64,000 nucleotides of DNA, from positions 16,560 through 80,559 of the forward strand of contig CAMMRL010000001.1 of the NCBI GenBank assembly GCA_946499275.1, written 5' to 3'. The stretch is from an uncultured Clostridia bacterium. GTDB taxonomy: Bacteria; Bacillota; Clostridia; Oscillospirales; Acutalibacteraceae. Shown piece after piece: positions 37,455-48,037 of this stretch. The translations under genes and the position numbers were made by a program. The first letter of the stretch is position 1. Every line of letters starts with the position of its first letter. Below the pieces are notes generated by a model, which searched no databases, was not told the DNA's origin, and saw only the letters and a list, made by a program, of their open reading frames with translations.

Positions 37455-39983
37455 TTATTCGCTGTCCGGGTTGTTCATGGCCATTTCCACCCACTGCTGC
37501 CGGGTGATGAGTACCTGCCGGGGCTTACTGCCCTCCGTCGGGCCGATGTATCCCTTCTGCTCCATTTCGTCGATCAGCCGGCCGGCACGGGCATAGCCGA
37601 TACGCAGGCGGCGCTGGAGCATGCTGGTGGAGACGCTGCCGGATTCCACGGCGATCTCAATCGCCTGGGGGAGCATCTCGTCCCCGTCGCCTTCCGCCAC
37701 GTCGTCCCCGGCAGTGGACTTGCCGCCGCCCTTGCCAGCCGAGGCGGCCTGACGGTCGATTTCTTCAATCACTTTGTCGTCGTATTCGTGTTCCTCCGAA
37801 TTCTTGAGGTACTGCACCACGGATTCCACTTCCCGGTTGCTCACAAAGCAGCCCTGCACCCGCATGGGCTTCGGTAAGCCGACCGGCATGAAGAGCATGT
37901 CGCCCTTGCCCAGCAGCTTTTCCGCGCCGCCGGTATCCAGGATGGTGCGGGAATCCACGCTGGACGCCACGGTGAGCGCCAGACGGGAAGGGATATTCGC
38001 CTTGATTAGGCCGGTAATAACGTCTACAGAGGGGCGCTGGGTCGCAATGACTAAGTGCATCCCGGCCGCGCGGGCCATCTGCGCCAGACGGATGATCGCG
38101 TCCTCCACCTCGCTGGCGGCGGCCATCATCAGGTCGGCCAATTCGTCGATGACAATCAGGATCAGCGGCATCGGCTGGAGCGTTTCGCTCTTTTTGGCCA
38201 GTTCGTTGTAGGAAGCAAGGTCGCGCACGTTGTTTTCCGCAAAAAGCTTATACCGGTTGAGCATTTCGGTTACGGCCCAACCCAGGGCGCCGGCCGCTTT
38301 GCGCGGATCGGTGACCACGGGAACCAACAGATGCGGGACGCCGTTATAAATACCGAATTCCACCTGCTTTGGATCGATCAGCAACATCCGCACGTCCTTG
38401 GGCGAAGCGCGGTAGAGCACGCTTTGAATCATGGAATTGGTACAGACGGATTTACCCGAGCCGGTGGTGCCCGCAATCAGCAGATGGGGCATTTTGGCCA
38501 GATCCGCCACCACAATATGGCCGCTGATGTCTTTGCCTAGGGCCACGGTCAGCTTGCTTTTGGCTTTGGAAAATTCGGTGGAATCAATGAGTTCCCGCAG
38601 GCAGACGCTGCCGCAGACTTTATTCGGCACCTCGATCCCCACGGCGGCTTTGCCGGGGATCGGCGCTTCGATCCGCACGCCGGTTGCCGCCAGCCGCAGG
38701 GCGATGTCATCCGACAGGCCGGTAATCCGGCTGATTTTCACCCCGGCGCTCGGTTCCAGTTCGTACCGGGTGACGGCCGGGCCGCGGGAGATCGCCACCA
38801 CCCGGGTGCTGATACCGAAATCCTTTAGTGTTTTCACCAGCAGGTCGGCGTTGGTCTGCTGTTCCATTGCGGCGGATGCGTCGTCAAACGGACGGGGTTC
38901 GTCCAACAGGGCAATAGGGGGATAGTGGTAATCATCGTCCTCTCCGGCCGGAGAGGCTTCCGGCCGGGGCGGTTCAAAACCGTCTGCTTTTTTGTCCAGC
39001 GGCTCCTTTTCACCGGCTTTTTCCGTGTTCGGCCCGGCGGTTCCCGTCAGAGGGGAGGGGATGGGCGGATGATCCGCTACATCATCCAGGGCAATGTCCA
39101 GCTTGTTCGGCAGCTTTTCCGGATTCAGGATGCCGCTTGAAGCCGGTTCCTCCTGCAGCCCGCGGGCGGCGCGCTCCAGTGCCGCGAGCTTTTCGTTCTT
39201 TTCCGGCAGCGGCTTTTCACGGGACGGTGCATCACGCGATGGGAGAGTGGAAGACGGCGTCTCTTCCTCGTCGTCGGTATAGCCCTCGCCGATATTAATG
39301 TCGATTGGGGAAGCAGCGCGCCGCCGTTCCTCCCCGGCGATCATGGCGGTTTCAATACTCTGTTTTGCTTTTTTCACCGGAGTGGAAGCGGCGCGGAGCA
39401 CGGCGACTACAGTAGTGCCGGTGACCAACATAAGGAAGACGACGATCAATAGGATGATGATGATTTTCGCGCCGACATCGGTAAAAAAATATTCCAGCGG
39501 GTAGCCGAGCAGCACCCCCATCACGCCGCCGCCGCGGGTCGCTTTTCCGGCGGTATACCCTAAGCCGATGGCGGAAAAATAATTGGAGGTGATATCGAAA
39601 GTGAATACATGAATCGCGCTTGAAACCATGGTGATGAGACTTACACACTGCCACATCTTCCCGCTGACGCTACCTACCGGCTTGTCCAACGCAATCACAA
39701 CGGCTATGTACATCATCAGCACCGGCAGGATGTAGGCGCAGATGCCGAACAGACCGAGCAGGAAGCGGTGAAGAGCCCCCCACAGGCTGCCCCCAGGGAT
39801 AATAACCATGCAAAACAGCAGGATCGCTGCAGCAAATATCAGCACAGAGGCGGTTTGACGGCGCGCTTTCACCACCGTATTGCCCTTGCTCTCTTCCGCC
39901 TTTTTCTTCGCCATGGATGCCGGCCGGTTGGGCACCTTCTTTTTGGTCGTGGACTTTTTTTTAGTCGCGGGCATTGCGTTCAC
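37455..39983 (-). CDS. ftsK: DNA translocase FtsK/SpoIIIE
   Basis: Four N-terminal TMs, Pro/Glu linker, Walker A GTTGSGKS, Walker B VIDELADL, and a gamma wHTH tail. Confidence 0.95.
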   Translation of the reverse strand: MNAMPATKKKSTTKKKVPNRPASMAKKKAEESKGNTVVKARRQTASVLIFAAAILLFCMVIIPGGSLWGALHRFLLGLFGICAYILPVLMMYIAVVIALDKPVGSVSGKMWQCVSLITMVSSAIHVFTFDITSNYFSAIGLGYTAGKATRGGGVMGVLLGYPLEYFFTDVGAKIIIILLIVVFLMLVTGTTVVAVLRAASTPVKKAKQSIETAMIAGEERRRAASPIDINIGEGYTDDEEETPSSTLPSRDAPSREKPLPEKNEKLAALERAARGLQEEPASSGILNPEKLPNKLDIALDDVADHPPIPSPLTGTAGPNTEKAGEKEPLDKKADGFEPPRPEASPAGEDDDYHYPPIALLDEPRPFDDASAAMEQQTNADLLVKTLKDFGISTRVVAISRGPAVTRYELEPSAGVKISRITGLSDDIALRLAATGVRIEAPIPGKAAVGIEVPNKVCGSVCLRELIDSTEFSKAKSKLTVALGKDISGHIVVADLAKMPHLLIAGTTGSGKSVCTNSMIQSVLYRASPKDVRMLLIDPKQVEFGIYNGVPHLLVPVVTDPRKAAGALGWAVTEMLNRYKLFAENNVRDLASYNELAKKSETLQPMPLILIVIDELADLMMAAASEVEDAIIRLAQMARAAGMHLVIATQRPSVDVITGLIKANIPSRLALTVASSVDSRTILDTGGAEKLLGKGDMLFMPVGLPKPMRVQGCFVSNREVESVVQYLKNSEEHEYDDKVIEEIDRQAASAGKGGGKSTAGDDVAEGDGDEMLPQAIEIAVESGSVSTSMLQRRLRIGYARAGRLIDEMEQKGYIGPTEGSKPRQVLITRQQWVEMAMNNPDSE

Positions 39984-40124
39984 TCCCAGTCAAGGTTTTG
40001 AAATCCTAGAGGGTATGCTGTCTTTGTTCGGATGGATACCCTTCGTCAAACCGCAGGCATTGCCTTGCGATACTATGTAAGCCGGGAGATCCCGGCGGAA
40101 TTTCAGCGATAATGGAGATGCGAT

Positions 40125-40964
40125 TTATACAGGGGAGTCTGCCGGGCTGTCCGACGCCTTGGCGCGGTTTTCATCGATCATGGCGTACAGCGCGCCGATC
40201 GCGTCCGACAGGGAACCGAGTTCGTCAATCAGCCCTTCCCGCACCGCGTCCTCTCCGTCGAGGACGGTACCCATGTCCATCACCAGCTCGTCGTTGTTCA
40301 GACAGAGCTCGGTAAAGCGTTCCGGGGGCATGTGGGAGTTACCGGAGACAAAGCCGGTAATCCGTTCCTGCATCCGCTCAAAATAGGAAAACGCCTGCGG
40401 GACCCCCAGCACCAGCCCGTTCATCCGTACCGGGTGAAGGGTCATGGTCGCGGTTGGAGCAATAAAGGAGCGCTTGGCCGCCACCGCAAGGGGGACGCCG
40501 ATGGAGTGGCCGCCTCCCAATACAAGGGAAACCGTGGGCTTTTTCATCCCGGCGATGAGTTCGGCAATGGCCAGCCCCGCTTCAATGTCCCCGCCCACCG
40601 TATTGAGCAAAACCAGCAACCCCTCGATTTCGGGGCTCTCTTCAATGGCGACGAGCTGGGGGATGACATGTTCGTACTTCGTAGTTTTATTATTATCCGG
40701 CAGAACGTAATGCCCTTCAATCTGGCCGATGATGGTCAGGCAATGGAGGACATGGCGGCCATTGTCAGTGGTAACCGAACCGGTTTCGGTCGTTTGGCCG
40801 AGTTGCTTTTCAAGAGCGGCGGCTTCTTTGGCAGAGGGAACCGGCTGGTTTTCAGCCGGTTCTTCCGCAGGGTCGTTTTCTATGGAAGAGTTATCCGCCG
40901 GCGTGGCACTCCATAAAGCGGAACGATAAGCCCCTGTACTGTCTTGCGTGGTATTTTTTGACAT
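40125..40964 (-). CDS. tepA: ClpP-fold serine protease, TepA-like
   Basis: ClpP-like [18 protein letters not shown] and GGGHSIG. Sits directly upstream of ftsK/spoIIIE, as in Bacillus. Confidence 0.8.
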   Translation of the reverse strand: MSKNTTQDSTGAYRSALWSATPADNSSIENDPAEEPAENQPVPSAKEAAALEKQLGQTTETGSVTTDNGRHVLHCLTIIGQIEGHYVLPDNNKTTKYEHVIPQLVAIEESPEIEGLLVLLNTVGGDIEAGLAIAELIAGMKKPTVSLVLGGGHSIGVPLAVAAKRSFIAPTATMTLHPVRMNGLVLGVPQAFSYFERMQERITGFVSGNSHMPPERFTELCLNNDELVMDMGTVLDGEDAVREGLIDELGSLSDAIGALYAMIDENRAKASDSPADSPV

Positions 40965-41134
40965 GCACGTCCATCCTTTCTTAGGAGGACGAACGCACGG
41001 CAGGTTTACGCGATTCCGTCCCCTTTTCGGTTAGTTTTTTCCGAAAAAGGGACGGATTATGCGTGATGATAAGCTCATTGTATGCTGTTGTACCAGTTTA
41101 CAAAAATCAGGAAATCAAAGAGACTGCGTATCGT

Positions 41135-42466
41135 TTACACCGTTTCCCGGATCGGTTCCGCTTTTTTTGCGGCCCGGCCCGGTTTGGACGTTTTTGCATC
41201 TTTGCGGGCAGCCATACGGGCGTTGGCAAGCATGAGCTTGATCCGGTTTTCCTGGTTGATCCGGGTAGCGCCGGGATCGTAGTCGATGCACACGATGTTC
41301 GCCTGGGGCATGTTATCCTTGATTTTGCGGACCATGCCTTTGCCCACCACATGGTTGGGTAGGCAGCCGAACGGCTGAGTACAAACGATGTTGTGGATAC
41401 CGGAATCGATCAGTTCCAGCATCTCGCCGGTGAGCAGCCATCCCTCGCCCATCTTATTTCCGTAACCGAGGTAATCCTTCGCCAGCCCCTTGAGATGGTC
41501 AAAGGTACAAGGGACACGGAATTCCGGATGCCGCTTGACTGCGGCAATCATCATCGCTTGCAGGCGCTTCACGTAGTTTTCGAGGAAACCGGCGCCGAGA
41601 TAGGTGGCGGTTTTGCCGCCGTATAGTTTATGGTCCTCCACCCGGTTGTCGCATTTGAAAATGATGAAGTCGGTCAGGCCGGGAACCACTGGTTCGCAGT
41701 CCTCCGAGCGCAAGAATTCTTCCAGGTTGTTGTTGCCCAGCGGGGCGTATTTGATATAAATTTCCCCGACGATGCCGACCCGCACCTTCGGTACCCGCCG
41801 GACGGGGATGGATGCAAAATCGTCCGCAATGCGGTCGAAATTCTCCCGGACAAAATCGGTTTTGAAGCTGCCTTTCTGGCTGAACTCCCCGACCAGACGG
41901 TTCACCCACTTATCGATCCGGCGGTCGGTTTCGCCCTCCACGATTTCATATGGGCGGCACTGGTTAGCCATGTGGACGATTAAGTCGCCGTAAATCATGG
42001 AAAACGCCATTTGCCGGATCATGGTGAAGTTGAGGGAGAAGCCGGGATTCTTTTCCAGCCCGGAGAGGTTGACCGACACCACCGGGACATAATCGTATCC
42101 TGCCCGGTGGAGCGCTTTGCGCAGTAGGTGGATGTAATTGGAAGCACGGCAGCCACCGCCGGTCTGGGTGATCATCAGCCCGACCTTGTGGGGGTCGTAT
42201 TTCCCGCTCTTGATCGCGTCGATAAGCTGGCCGATGACCAGCAGCGCGGGGTAGCAGGTGTCGTTATGGACGTATTTCAACCCTTCATCCACAATCCCGC
42301 GATGGGTGGAGGTGAGCATATCCATTTTGTAGCCGTGCAGTTCAAACACCCGTTTGAGCATGGTAAAATGCACGGGAAGCATTTGGGGCATGAGCAGGGT
42401 GTATTCCTTCTTCATCTCTTCGGTAAAGAGGAGCCGCCCCTGGTCGTCATAAATCAGTTCTGCCAT
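41135..42466 (-). CDS. 2-hydroxyacyl-CoA dehydratase-family (HgdB/D-component-like) protein
   Basis: 443 aa. NDTCYPALLVIGQL and TQTGGGCRASNY segments are typical of activase-associated dehydratase-like proteins. Confidence 0.8.
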   Translation of the reverse strand: MAELIYDDQGRLLFTEEMKKEYTLLMPQMLPVHFTMLKRVFELHGYKMDMLTSTHRGIVDEGLKYVHNDTCYPALLVIGQLIDAIKSGKYDPHKVGLMITQTGGGCRASNYIHLLRKALHRAGYDYVPVVSVNLSGLEKNPGFSLNFTMIRQMAFSMIYGDLIVHMANQCRPYEIVEGETDRRIDKWVNRLVGEFSQKGSFKTDFVRENFDRIADDFASIPVRRVPKVRVGIVGEIYIKYAPLGNNNLEEFLRSEDCEPVVPGLTDFIIFKCDNRVEDHKLYGGKTATYLGAGFLENYVKRLQAMMIAAVKRHPEFRVPCTFDHLKGLAKDYLGYGNKMGEGWLLTGEMLELIDSGIHNIVCTQPFGCLPNHVVGKGMVRKIKDNMPQANIVCIDYDPGATRINQENRIKLMLANARMAARKDAKTSKPGRAAKKAEPIRETV

Positions 42467-42521
42467 AATGCGCTATTCCTTTCTCGGAGGGGTGATGCCG
42501 GTAACGGATCGGAGGCGTCCC

Positions 42522-45470
42522 TCAGACCGCTTTGGCTTTATCGGCGGATTCCTCCGCCCGGCGGGCGTCGATAGCCGCGAGCAGGGAACGGATGCGGATA
42601 CGCACCGCGCCGAGGTTGTTGATTTCATCGATTTTTAGCTGTGTGTACAGCTTGCCGCCCTCTTCTAGAATGGAGCGGACCTCGTCGGTGGTGATTGCGT
42701 CAATGCCGCATCCAAAAGAGACGAGCTGCACGAGCTGCATGTCCGGCTGGGTGGTGACGTATTCAGCGGCGCTGTACAGGCGGGAATGGTAGGTCCATTG
42801 GTTGAGCACATGCACCGGCTTCTTTGGTTCCTTCCACGCGACGGCGTCTTCGGTTACCACCGTCAGCCCGAAGGAAGCGATCATCGAATCGATGCCGTGG
42901 TTGATCTCCGGGTCCACATGGTACGGCCGGCCGGAAAGGACGATGATGTCCCGCCCGTTTTTCCGGGCGTCGGCGATCATTTCCGCCCCTTTATCCCGCA
43001 GCATGCCGAGATAGGCGGTGTAAGCGGCATACGCCGCCTTGCTCGCGGCCTTGACCTCGCCGGCCGAGATCCCAAATTCCTCCCCGAAATATGCCACCGC
43101 CTTTTTTGCAAAGTCGCGCGGGCGGTGCATTCCGAAATAGGGGTGGAGGAAACGGGTGTTTTTCAGCGCGAGGACGTTGGCGTCGATCAATTCCGGGTAA
43201 TAGGCCACGACCGGGCAGTTGTAGTGGTTGTCTCCCTTTTCTTCATCGAAGTTGTAGGGAAGACAGGGGTAAAAGATCGCGTCCACGTCCATGTCGAGCA
43301 GCTTTTCAATATGCCCGTGGATCAGCTTGGCCGGGTAGCAGACGGTGTCCGAAGGGATGGTATGCTGCCCACAGGCGTACAGGCTCCGGGAGGATTCGGG
43401 GGAGAGCACCACTTCAAACCCGAGTTTCGTAAAGAAAGCGTACCAGAAGGGGAGGTTTTCGAACATGTTCAGCGCCATCGGCAGGCCGATGCGGCCCCGC
43501 CGGTTTTCCCCGCCGTGCAGGGAGCGCAGGTAATCGTATTTCCATTTGTACAGGTTGGGTACGTCCTTATGCCCGCCTTTGCCGAGCGGGCGTTCGCACC
43601 GGTTGCCGGAGATAAAACGGCGGTTTCCACTGAAGGTGTTGACGGTGAGCTGGCAGTGGTTGCCGCACAGCCCGCACTGGGCAGACTTGGCCGTATGCTC
43701 GAAATGCTCCAGTTCCTCCTCGCCAAGAAGGCCGCTGCGGGACAGGTGCAGCTCCCTGGCGGCGAGGGCAGCACCGTACGCGCCCATGATGCCGGCGATG
43801 GTGGGGCGGACCACTTCCGTCCCCAGTTCCAGTTCAAAGCTGCGGAGCACCGCGTCGTTGAGGAAGGTGCCGCCCTGAACCACGATGTGCCGGCCTAGTT
43901 CCGAGGGGCTGGCGGCGCGGATAACCTTGTAAATCGCGTTTTTCACGATGCTGATGGACAGGCCGGCCGAGATGTCGTCCACCCCGGCGCCTTCCTTCTG
44001 CGCCTGCTTGACGGAGGAATTCATGAATACCGTGCAGCGGGAACCGAGATCGACCGGCTTTTCCGCGAACAGGCCGAGGGCGGCGAAATCCGCGATCGAG
44101 TAGCCCAGCGCCTTGGCGAAGGTTTCGATAAAGGAACCGCAGCCGGAGGAACAGGCTTCGTTGAGCATGATGCTGTCGATCGCACCGTTGCGGATTTTAA
44201 AGCACTTCATGTCCTGGCCGCCAATATCGATGATAAAATCCACCTGCGGGTTGAAGTGGGCGGCGGCGCGGTAATGCGCGACTGTTTCCACCAGCCCGAG
44301 GTCGATGTTGAACGCGTTTTTAATCAGGTCTTCCCCATAGCCGGTGGCGGCGCTGCCCTTGATAGTAACGCGCCCGCCGAAGCGGCGATAGATCTCCTTG
44401 AGCTGGTCGAGCACCACCGACACCGGATTGCCGCCGTTGGAAGCGTAGTAGGTGTACAGCAGCCCGCCGTCCGGCGTGACCAGCGCGAGCTTGGTGGTGG
44501 TGGAGCCGGCGTCGACGCCGAGATATGCGTCGCCCGTGTAACCGTCCGCGTCAATCGGCGGGGGGCAGTGGGCGGCGTGCCGGGCGGCGAAAGCGTCGTA
44601 TTCCTCCTTGGAAGCGAAGAGAGGGGGGAGGGTGTTGGTGGTGTTTTTTTGGGACGAGGCATTGTCGATCCGGCGGAGCACTTCGTCAAACGGGATCGCG
44701 TCGATGTTGCCCGCGTAAACCGCTGCGCCGACCGCGACGAACACGTCGGCGTTGTCCGGGAAGACGGACTGTTCGGGGGTGAGATGCAGCGTTTCCACAA
44801 ACCGGCGGCGCAGGCCGCTCAGGAAGTAGAGCGGGCCGCCCAGAAACAGCACCTTGCCCTTGATCTCCCGTCCCTGGGCGAGACCGGCGATGGTCTGGTT
44901 CACCACCGCCTGGAAGATGCTGGCCGCGATATCCTCCTTGCGCGCGCCCTGGTTGAGTAGGGGCTGGATGTCCGATTTGGCGAACACCCCGCAACGGGAG
45001 GCGATGGAATACAGCTTTTCGTAATGTTCGCTGAGTTCGTTGAGTTCGTCTGGGGTGACGTTCAGCAAAGTGGCCATCTGGTCGATGAACGCGCCCGTAC
45101 CGCCAGCACAGGAGCCGTTCATCCGCTCCTCCAATCCGCCGGTGAAGAAGATGATCTTTGCATCCTCGCCGCCTAATTCCACCACGACGTCGGCATCGGG
45201 GATGAACCGTTCCACCGCGCCGGCGGTCGCGAACACTTCCTGCACAAACTCCAGCCCTGCGGCTTTGGCCACCCCGAGCCCGGCGGAGCCGGTGATGGAA
45301 ACCTGCACGTCCTGTTTCCCGAGTTGCGGTTCCAAAAGGCGGAGCATTTCCGCCGTCTTTTCTCGCACTTTGGACATATGCCGCTCGTACGTTTTGAAAA
45401 GGATGTTGTCCTGGTCGTCCAGCAGCACGACTTTGACAGTCGTGGAGCCGATATCAATTCCAATGCGCAA
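42522..45470 (-). CDS. double BcrAD/BadFG-type ATPase (dehydratase activase) fused to a dehydratase-like domain
   Basis: TTG 45470 lies 7 nt after AGGAGG; the ORF-track ATG 45521 lacks an SD. Two ASKHA motifs GIDIGSTTVK and GVDAGSTTTK, a Cys cluster CGLCGNHC, and a C-terminal HgdA/B-like region. Confidence 0.88.
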   Translation of the reverse strand: MRIGIDIGSTTVKVVLLDDQDNILFKTYERHMSKVREKTAEMLRLLEPQLGKQDVQVSITGSAGLGVAKAAGLEFVQEVFATAGAVERFIPDADVVVELGGEDAKIIFFTGGLEERMNGSCAGGTGAFIDQMATLLNVTPDELNELSEHYEKLYSIASRCGVFAKSDIQPLLNQGARKEDIAASIFQAVVNQTIAGLAQGREIKGKVLFLGGPLYFLSGLRRRFVETLHLTPEQSVFPDNADVFVAVGAAVYAGNIDAIPFDEVLRRIDNASSQKNTTNTLPPLFASKEEYDAFAARHAAHCPPPIDADGYTGDAYLGVDAGSTTTKLALVTPDGGLLYTYYASNGGNPVSVVLDQLKEIYRRFGGRVTIKGSAATGYGEDLIKNAFNIDLGLVETVAHYRAAAHFNPQVDFIIDIGGQDMKCFKIRNGAIDSIMLNEACSSGCGSFIETFAKALGYSIADFAALGLFAEKPVDLGSRCTVFMNSSVKQAQKEGAGVDDISAGLSISIVKNAIYKVIRAASPSELGRHIVVQGGTFLNDAVLRSFELELGTEVVRPTIAGIMGAYGAALAARELHLSRSGLLGEEELEHFEHTAKSAQCGLCGNHCQLTVNTFSGNRRFISGNRCERPLGKGGHKDVPNLYKWKYDYLRSLHGGENRRGRIGLPMALNMFENLPFWYAFFTKLGFEVVLSPESSRSLYACGQHTIPSDTVCYPAKLIHGHIEKLLDMDVDAIFYPCLPYNFDEEKGDNHYNCPVVAYYPELIDANVLALKNTRFLHPYFGMHRPRDFAKKAVAYFGEEFGISAGEVKAASKAAYAAYTAYLGMLRDKGAEMIADARKNGRDIIVLSGRPYHVDPEINHGIDSMIASFGLTVVTEDAVAWKEPKKPVHVLNQWTYHSRLYSAAEYVTTQPDMQLVQLVSFGCGIDAITTDEVRSILEEGGKLYTQLKIDEINNLGAVRIRIRSLLAAIDARRAEESADKAKAV

Positions 45471-46033
45471 AATAGGGCCTCCTAACAATGTATGGGGTGA
45501 GAGGGGATAGCTTACCGCCATCCCTTGTGGTTATATGTCATTAACCGATACTTAAAGATAATACACCGCATTATCAAACTTGTATCGATTCATTATACCA
45601 CTTGTGGGAACGGAGGGCAAGTAAAAGGAACGGATTCTTTCGGATTTTTCGATGCCGATTTTTGGGGGAACACGCAAAAAATGGGGGTTTATCCAAAGAT
45701 TCTATTGCGCAAACAGGCGGGGGAAGATATACTGAAATGGGAAAATTTTATGACGTGCTTGGTCTAAAAAGCTTGTTGAGGATAGCAAAATATGAAAAAG
45801 GAAAGGATTGTAAATATAAAACTGTTGCGGCTGTTGGGGATGCTGCTGTTTTCCTGTATTTTTGGGTGGAGTTCTATAAGTAGGTAGCTGGCGCAGCCGA
45901 CGGGGGCGGGGCGTATTGTGGATGCGATTTTACGCTCTGTTTCTTTCCGCATGCATAGGAAAGCACGGCTGGCGTATAAAGAGCATCCGACAGACTTTTA
46001 CGGAATTTGAATAGAAAGAGAGGAATCGATTTT

Positions 46034-46801
46034 ATGCTTTTGGCTTTGGACATGGGGAATACCAACATTACGATCGGCGTTTTTGAGGGGGAAATACTCC
46101 GTTTTGAATCCCGTCTTGCAACCGATCATACCAAAATGGAGGACCAATATGCGGTGGAGCTGCTGGACATCCTACGGCTGTACGGCGTAAACGGGCGGGA
46201 TTTTGAGGGGGCGGTGATCTCCTCGGTGGTACCGCCGCTCAACCACGTGATCCGCCGTGCAGTGGAAAAGGTGACGGGGGTATCCCCGCTTTTGATTGGC
46301 CCGGGGATCAAGACAGGGATGGACGTGCGCATTGATAACCCTGCCCAGCTCGGCGCAGACCTGCTGGTGGGCGCGGTGGCGGCGATGGCGCGTATCGGCG
46401 CACCATGCATCATCTGGGATCTCGGCACCGCGACGACGGTTTCGGTGGTGGATAAGCACGGTGTGTTCCGCGGCGGCGCGATTATGCCGGGGGTGGGGGT
46501 ATCCTTCGATACGCTGGCATCCCGCGCCTCGCAACTGCAGAGGATCAGCTTTGAAGCGCCCGAAAAGGCGATCGGGGGGAATACCATCGCCTGTATGCAG
46601 TCGGGGGCGGTATATGGAACGGCGTCGATGCTGGACGGGATGTGCGACCGGATCGAAGAGGAGCTGGGATATCCCGCGGCGGTGGTCGCTACCGGGGGGC
46701 TCGGCCGGGAGATTGTACGCTATTGCCGACGTAAGATCGCTTATGACGATACGCTGCTGCTGACCGGGCTGCGGCTGATTTATGAGAAGAATAAAAAATA
46801 G
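46034..46801 (+). CDS. coaX: type III pantothenate kinase
   Basis: ATG 46034 lies 9 nt after GAGGA. LALDMGNTNITIGVF and GTATT motifs are present. Confidence 0.92.
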   Translation: MLLALDMGNTNITIGVFEGEILRFESRLATDHTKMEDQYAVELLDILRLYGVNGRDFEGAVISSVVPPLNHVIRRAVEKVTGVSPLLIGPGIKTGMDVRIDNPAQLGADLLVGAVAAMARIGAPCIIWDLGTATTVSVVDKHGVFRGGAIMPGVGVSFDTLASRASQLQRISFEAPEKAIGGNTIACMQSGAVYGTASMLDGMCDRIEEELGYPAAVVATGGLGREIVRYCRRKIAYDDTLLLTGLRLIYEKNKK

Positions 46802-46862
46802 AAAGCGGCTATAACAGCCATGGTTTCCGTCTCCTGAAAACCCGATGAGAAGACTGGTTTTC

Positions 46863-46890
46863 ACGGCGGTTTCCGACACCGTCGTTTTTG
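46863..46890 (+). terminator. probable terminator after coaX
   Basis: Stem acggcgg / ccgtcgt followed by TTTTT. A second hairpin, gaaaacc/ggttttc, lies just upstream. Confidence 0.5.
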
Positions 46891-47233
46891 ACAAATTGAA
46901 TTTTACCAACAGCATTAGCGGATTTGGAAGAAATCCTGGAAAAGAATCATCAGGATTTGCAACGGAAGCATTCGCGAACAGCCGGGTGTGGGCTCTTTTG
47001 CCCGTATCTTGGTGAGACTATATGGCACTGCGGCATGTGCGTCAAGGGCTTCGAAGGGGAGGTACCGGCAACATACTGTTTCGGTTACGATCCTGTTCCG
47101 AGATGGAGGTTGTGCCGATCGAGTGTATAAACGGCTGGTAAACAGAGCGGAGGACAGCACGCTCTTTGTTTGGAATATTCTCCCGATGCTGGAGGATTGA
47201 CCCGCCGACAGGAACGAAAGGGAAACGGATACC

Positions 47234-48037
47234 ATGCGAAGCGAGCAGGAAGTGATGAATACAATCTTGGGTTTTGCGAAAGGGAAGGCGCACGTCCGGG
47301 TGGCTACATTGGAAGGCCCCCGCGTGAACCCGTATGTTTCGAAAGACGATTTTCAGGACTTTGACGTTACCTTTTTGGTGGACGATATCGCCGCTTTTAC
47401 GGTGGACGACGGGTGGCTGTCCGTGTTTGGGCATATCCTGCTGCTTCAGAAACCGGAGGACATGGAGTTGTTTCCCCCGGAAATACCGGGGTATTCCTAC
47501 CTGATGACGTTTGACGATTACCGGAAAATCGATTTAACGCTTCTTCCCCTGGCGATGCTGGAGGAGTATCTGGAGAGCGACGGCCTGATCCGCGTGTTGC
47601 TGGATAAGGACGGCAGGATTGGCCGAGAAATAGTCCCGACCGACGAAAGATATCGACTGCGAAAGCCGACGGCGCGGCTGTACGATGATTGCTGTAACGA
47701 ATTCTGGAACCTCGCGCCGTATGTGGTCAAAGGGCTCTGCCGGAGGGAGATCCTGTTTGCCGCCGATCACCTTGCCCTATTGCGCAAAGAGCTGCTCCGT
47801 ATGCTATCCTGGCAGGTGGGGGCGGAGCGAGGGTTTTCTTTCAGCGTGGGGAAAAATTATAAATATCTGCCACGGTATCTGCAGGCCCGGATACAGGAGC
47901 GTTTGATGGAAACCTACCGGACGGATTCCTATGAATCGGCCTGGGATTCCCTGGACGGCAGCCTTGCATTGTTCCGTGAAAGCGCGGTGAAGGTGGCGGT
48001 GTGGCCTACGCGTATCCGGCCTATGACGGCCATATAA
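47234..48037 (+). CDS. aadK: aminoglycoside 6-adenylyltransferase (ANT(6)/AadK family) with 3'-terminal frameshift
   Basis: MRSEQEVMN..., QKPEDMELFPPE and DDCCNEFWN..YVVKGL match ANT(6)-Ia/AadK as I recall them. The conserved C-terminal YAYPxYD..IT segment is encoded in another frame (48001-48105). Confidence 0.85.
   Translation: MRSEQEVMNTILGFAKGKAHVRVATLEGPRVNPYVSKDDFQDFDVTFLVDDIAAFTVDDGWLSVFGHILLLQKPEDMELFPPEIPGYSYLMTFDDYRKIDLTLLPLAMLEEYLESDGLIRVLLDKDGRIGREIVPTDERYRLRKPTARLYDDCCNEFWNLAPYVVKGLCRREILFAADHLALLRKELLRMLSWQVGAERGFSFSVGKNYKYLPRYLQARIQERLMETYRTDSYESAWDSLDGSLALFRESAVKVAVWPTRIRPMTAI

Noticed and set aside
45525-45883. 80-aa and 93-aa ORFs (and a possible 48-aa ORF from ATG 45737) in the 560-nt divergent intergenic region between the activase gene and coaX
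   Set aside because: There is no convincing SD (GGGGGAAG sits 12 nt away), the region is AT-rich and promoter-like, and the composition is not protein-like. I left it unannotated rather than call a gene.
47055-47080. GAAGGGGAGGTACCGGCAAC resembles the T-box sequence GGGTGGTACCGCG
   Set aside because: The UGGN that must pair with the tRNA NCCA end is not present (AGGU instead). No specifier-loop or Stem I features were found, and the downstream gene is not aminoacyl-tRNA related.
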